Source: Selaginella moellendorffii
Lineage: Eukaryota; Plantae; Lycopodiophyta
Length of the DNA stretch: 64,000 bases
Direction: 5' to 3'
Assembly (NCBI RefSeq): GCF_000143415.4
Contig: NW_003314329.1
Coordinates: forward strand, 577,421 to 641,420
Part shown: one piece after another, positions 63,916 to 64,000 of the stretch
How positions within the stretch are numbered: position 1 is the stretch's first letter
Layout of the letters: each line of letters begins with the position of its first letter
Made by a program: the position numbers and the translations under genes
The notes under the pieces: generated by a model
Database searches by the model: none
What the model was told of the DNA's origin: nothing
The model's input: the letters and a program-made list of their open reading frames with translations, nothing else

Positions 63916-64000
63916 TGTGAGACACAAAATACCTAGGCCCCAAAGTGGAGCTGGAAAGGGTGCCACGTGGTAGTGGCCGAAGTGAAAGCCAAACGAACGT
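63916..64000 (+). mobile_element. Start of another LTR copy, running off the window
   Basis: TGTGAGACACAAAATACCTAGGCCCCAAAGTGGAGC matches 3104 onward. Confidence 0.92.

Overview
Plant genomic DNA, most likely a lycophyte such as Selaginella (inferred from ~50-bp introns, very tight gene packing and the PPR gene types). There are three zones. (1) 1-18 kb: copies of one apparently non-coding LTR retrotransposon family (~1.7-1.9 kb TG...CA LTRs, tRNA-iMet-type PBS), interrupted by a ~7.6-kb element with a ParB-like/methyltransferase-like gene and an FCP1-type HAD gene. (2) 19.8-41.7 kb: a gene island with a lectin receptor kinase, a fungal-type FAD oxidoreductase, a bulb lectin, two PPRs, a UbiA prenyltransferase, a Mut-7-like exonuclease, a coiled-coil protein, ATP synthase g, V-ATPase B and an mRNA cap N7-methyltransferase. 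(3) 44.3-64 kb: a nest of the same LTR family with readable TSDs. The main finding is an ~8.4-kb Mutator-like element (45540-53961) inserted into an old LTR. It carries a GCM-like/DDE/SWIM transposase pseudogene and, divergently, a ParB-like + beta-class N4C/N6A DNA methyltransferase-like pseudogene whose first intron holds an array of long palindromes. The 9.8-17.4 kb element has a more divergent gene of the same architecture and its own, different palindrome repeated in its introns. Together they suggest a transposon-borne 'ParB-MTase plus cognate palindromic site' system. All domain calls come from motif recognition by eye, with no searches run.
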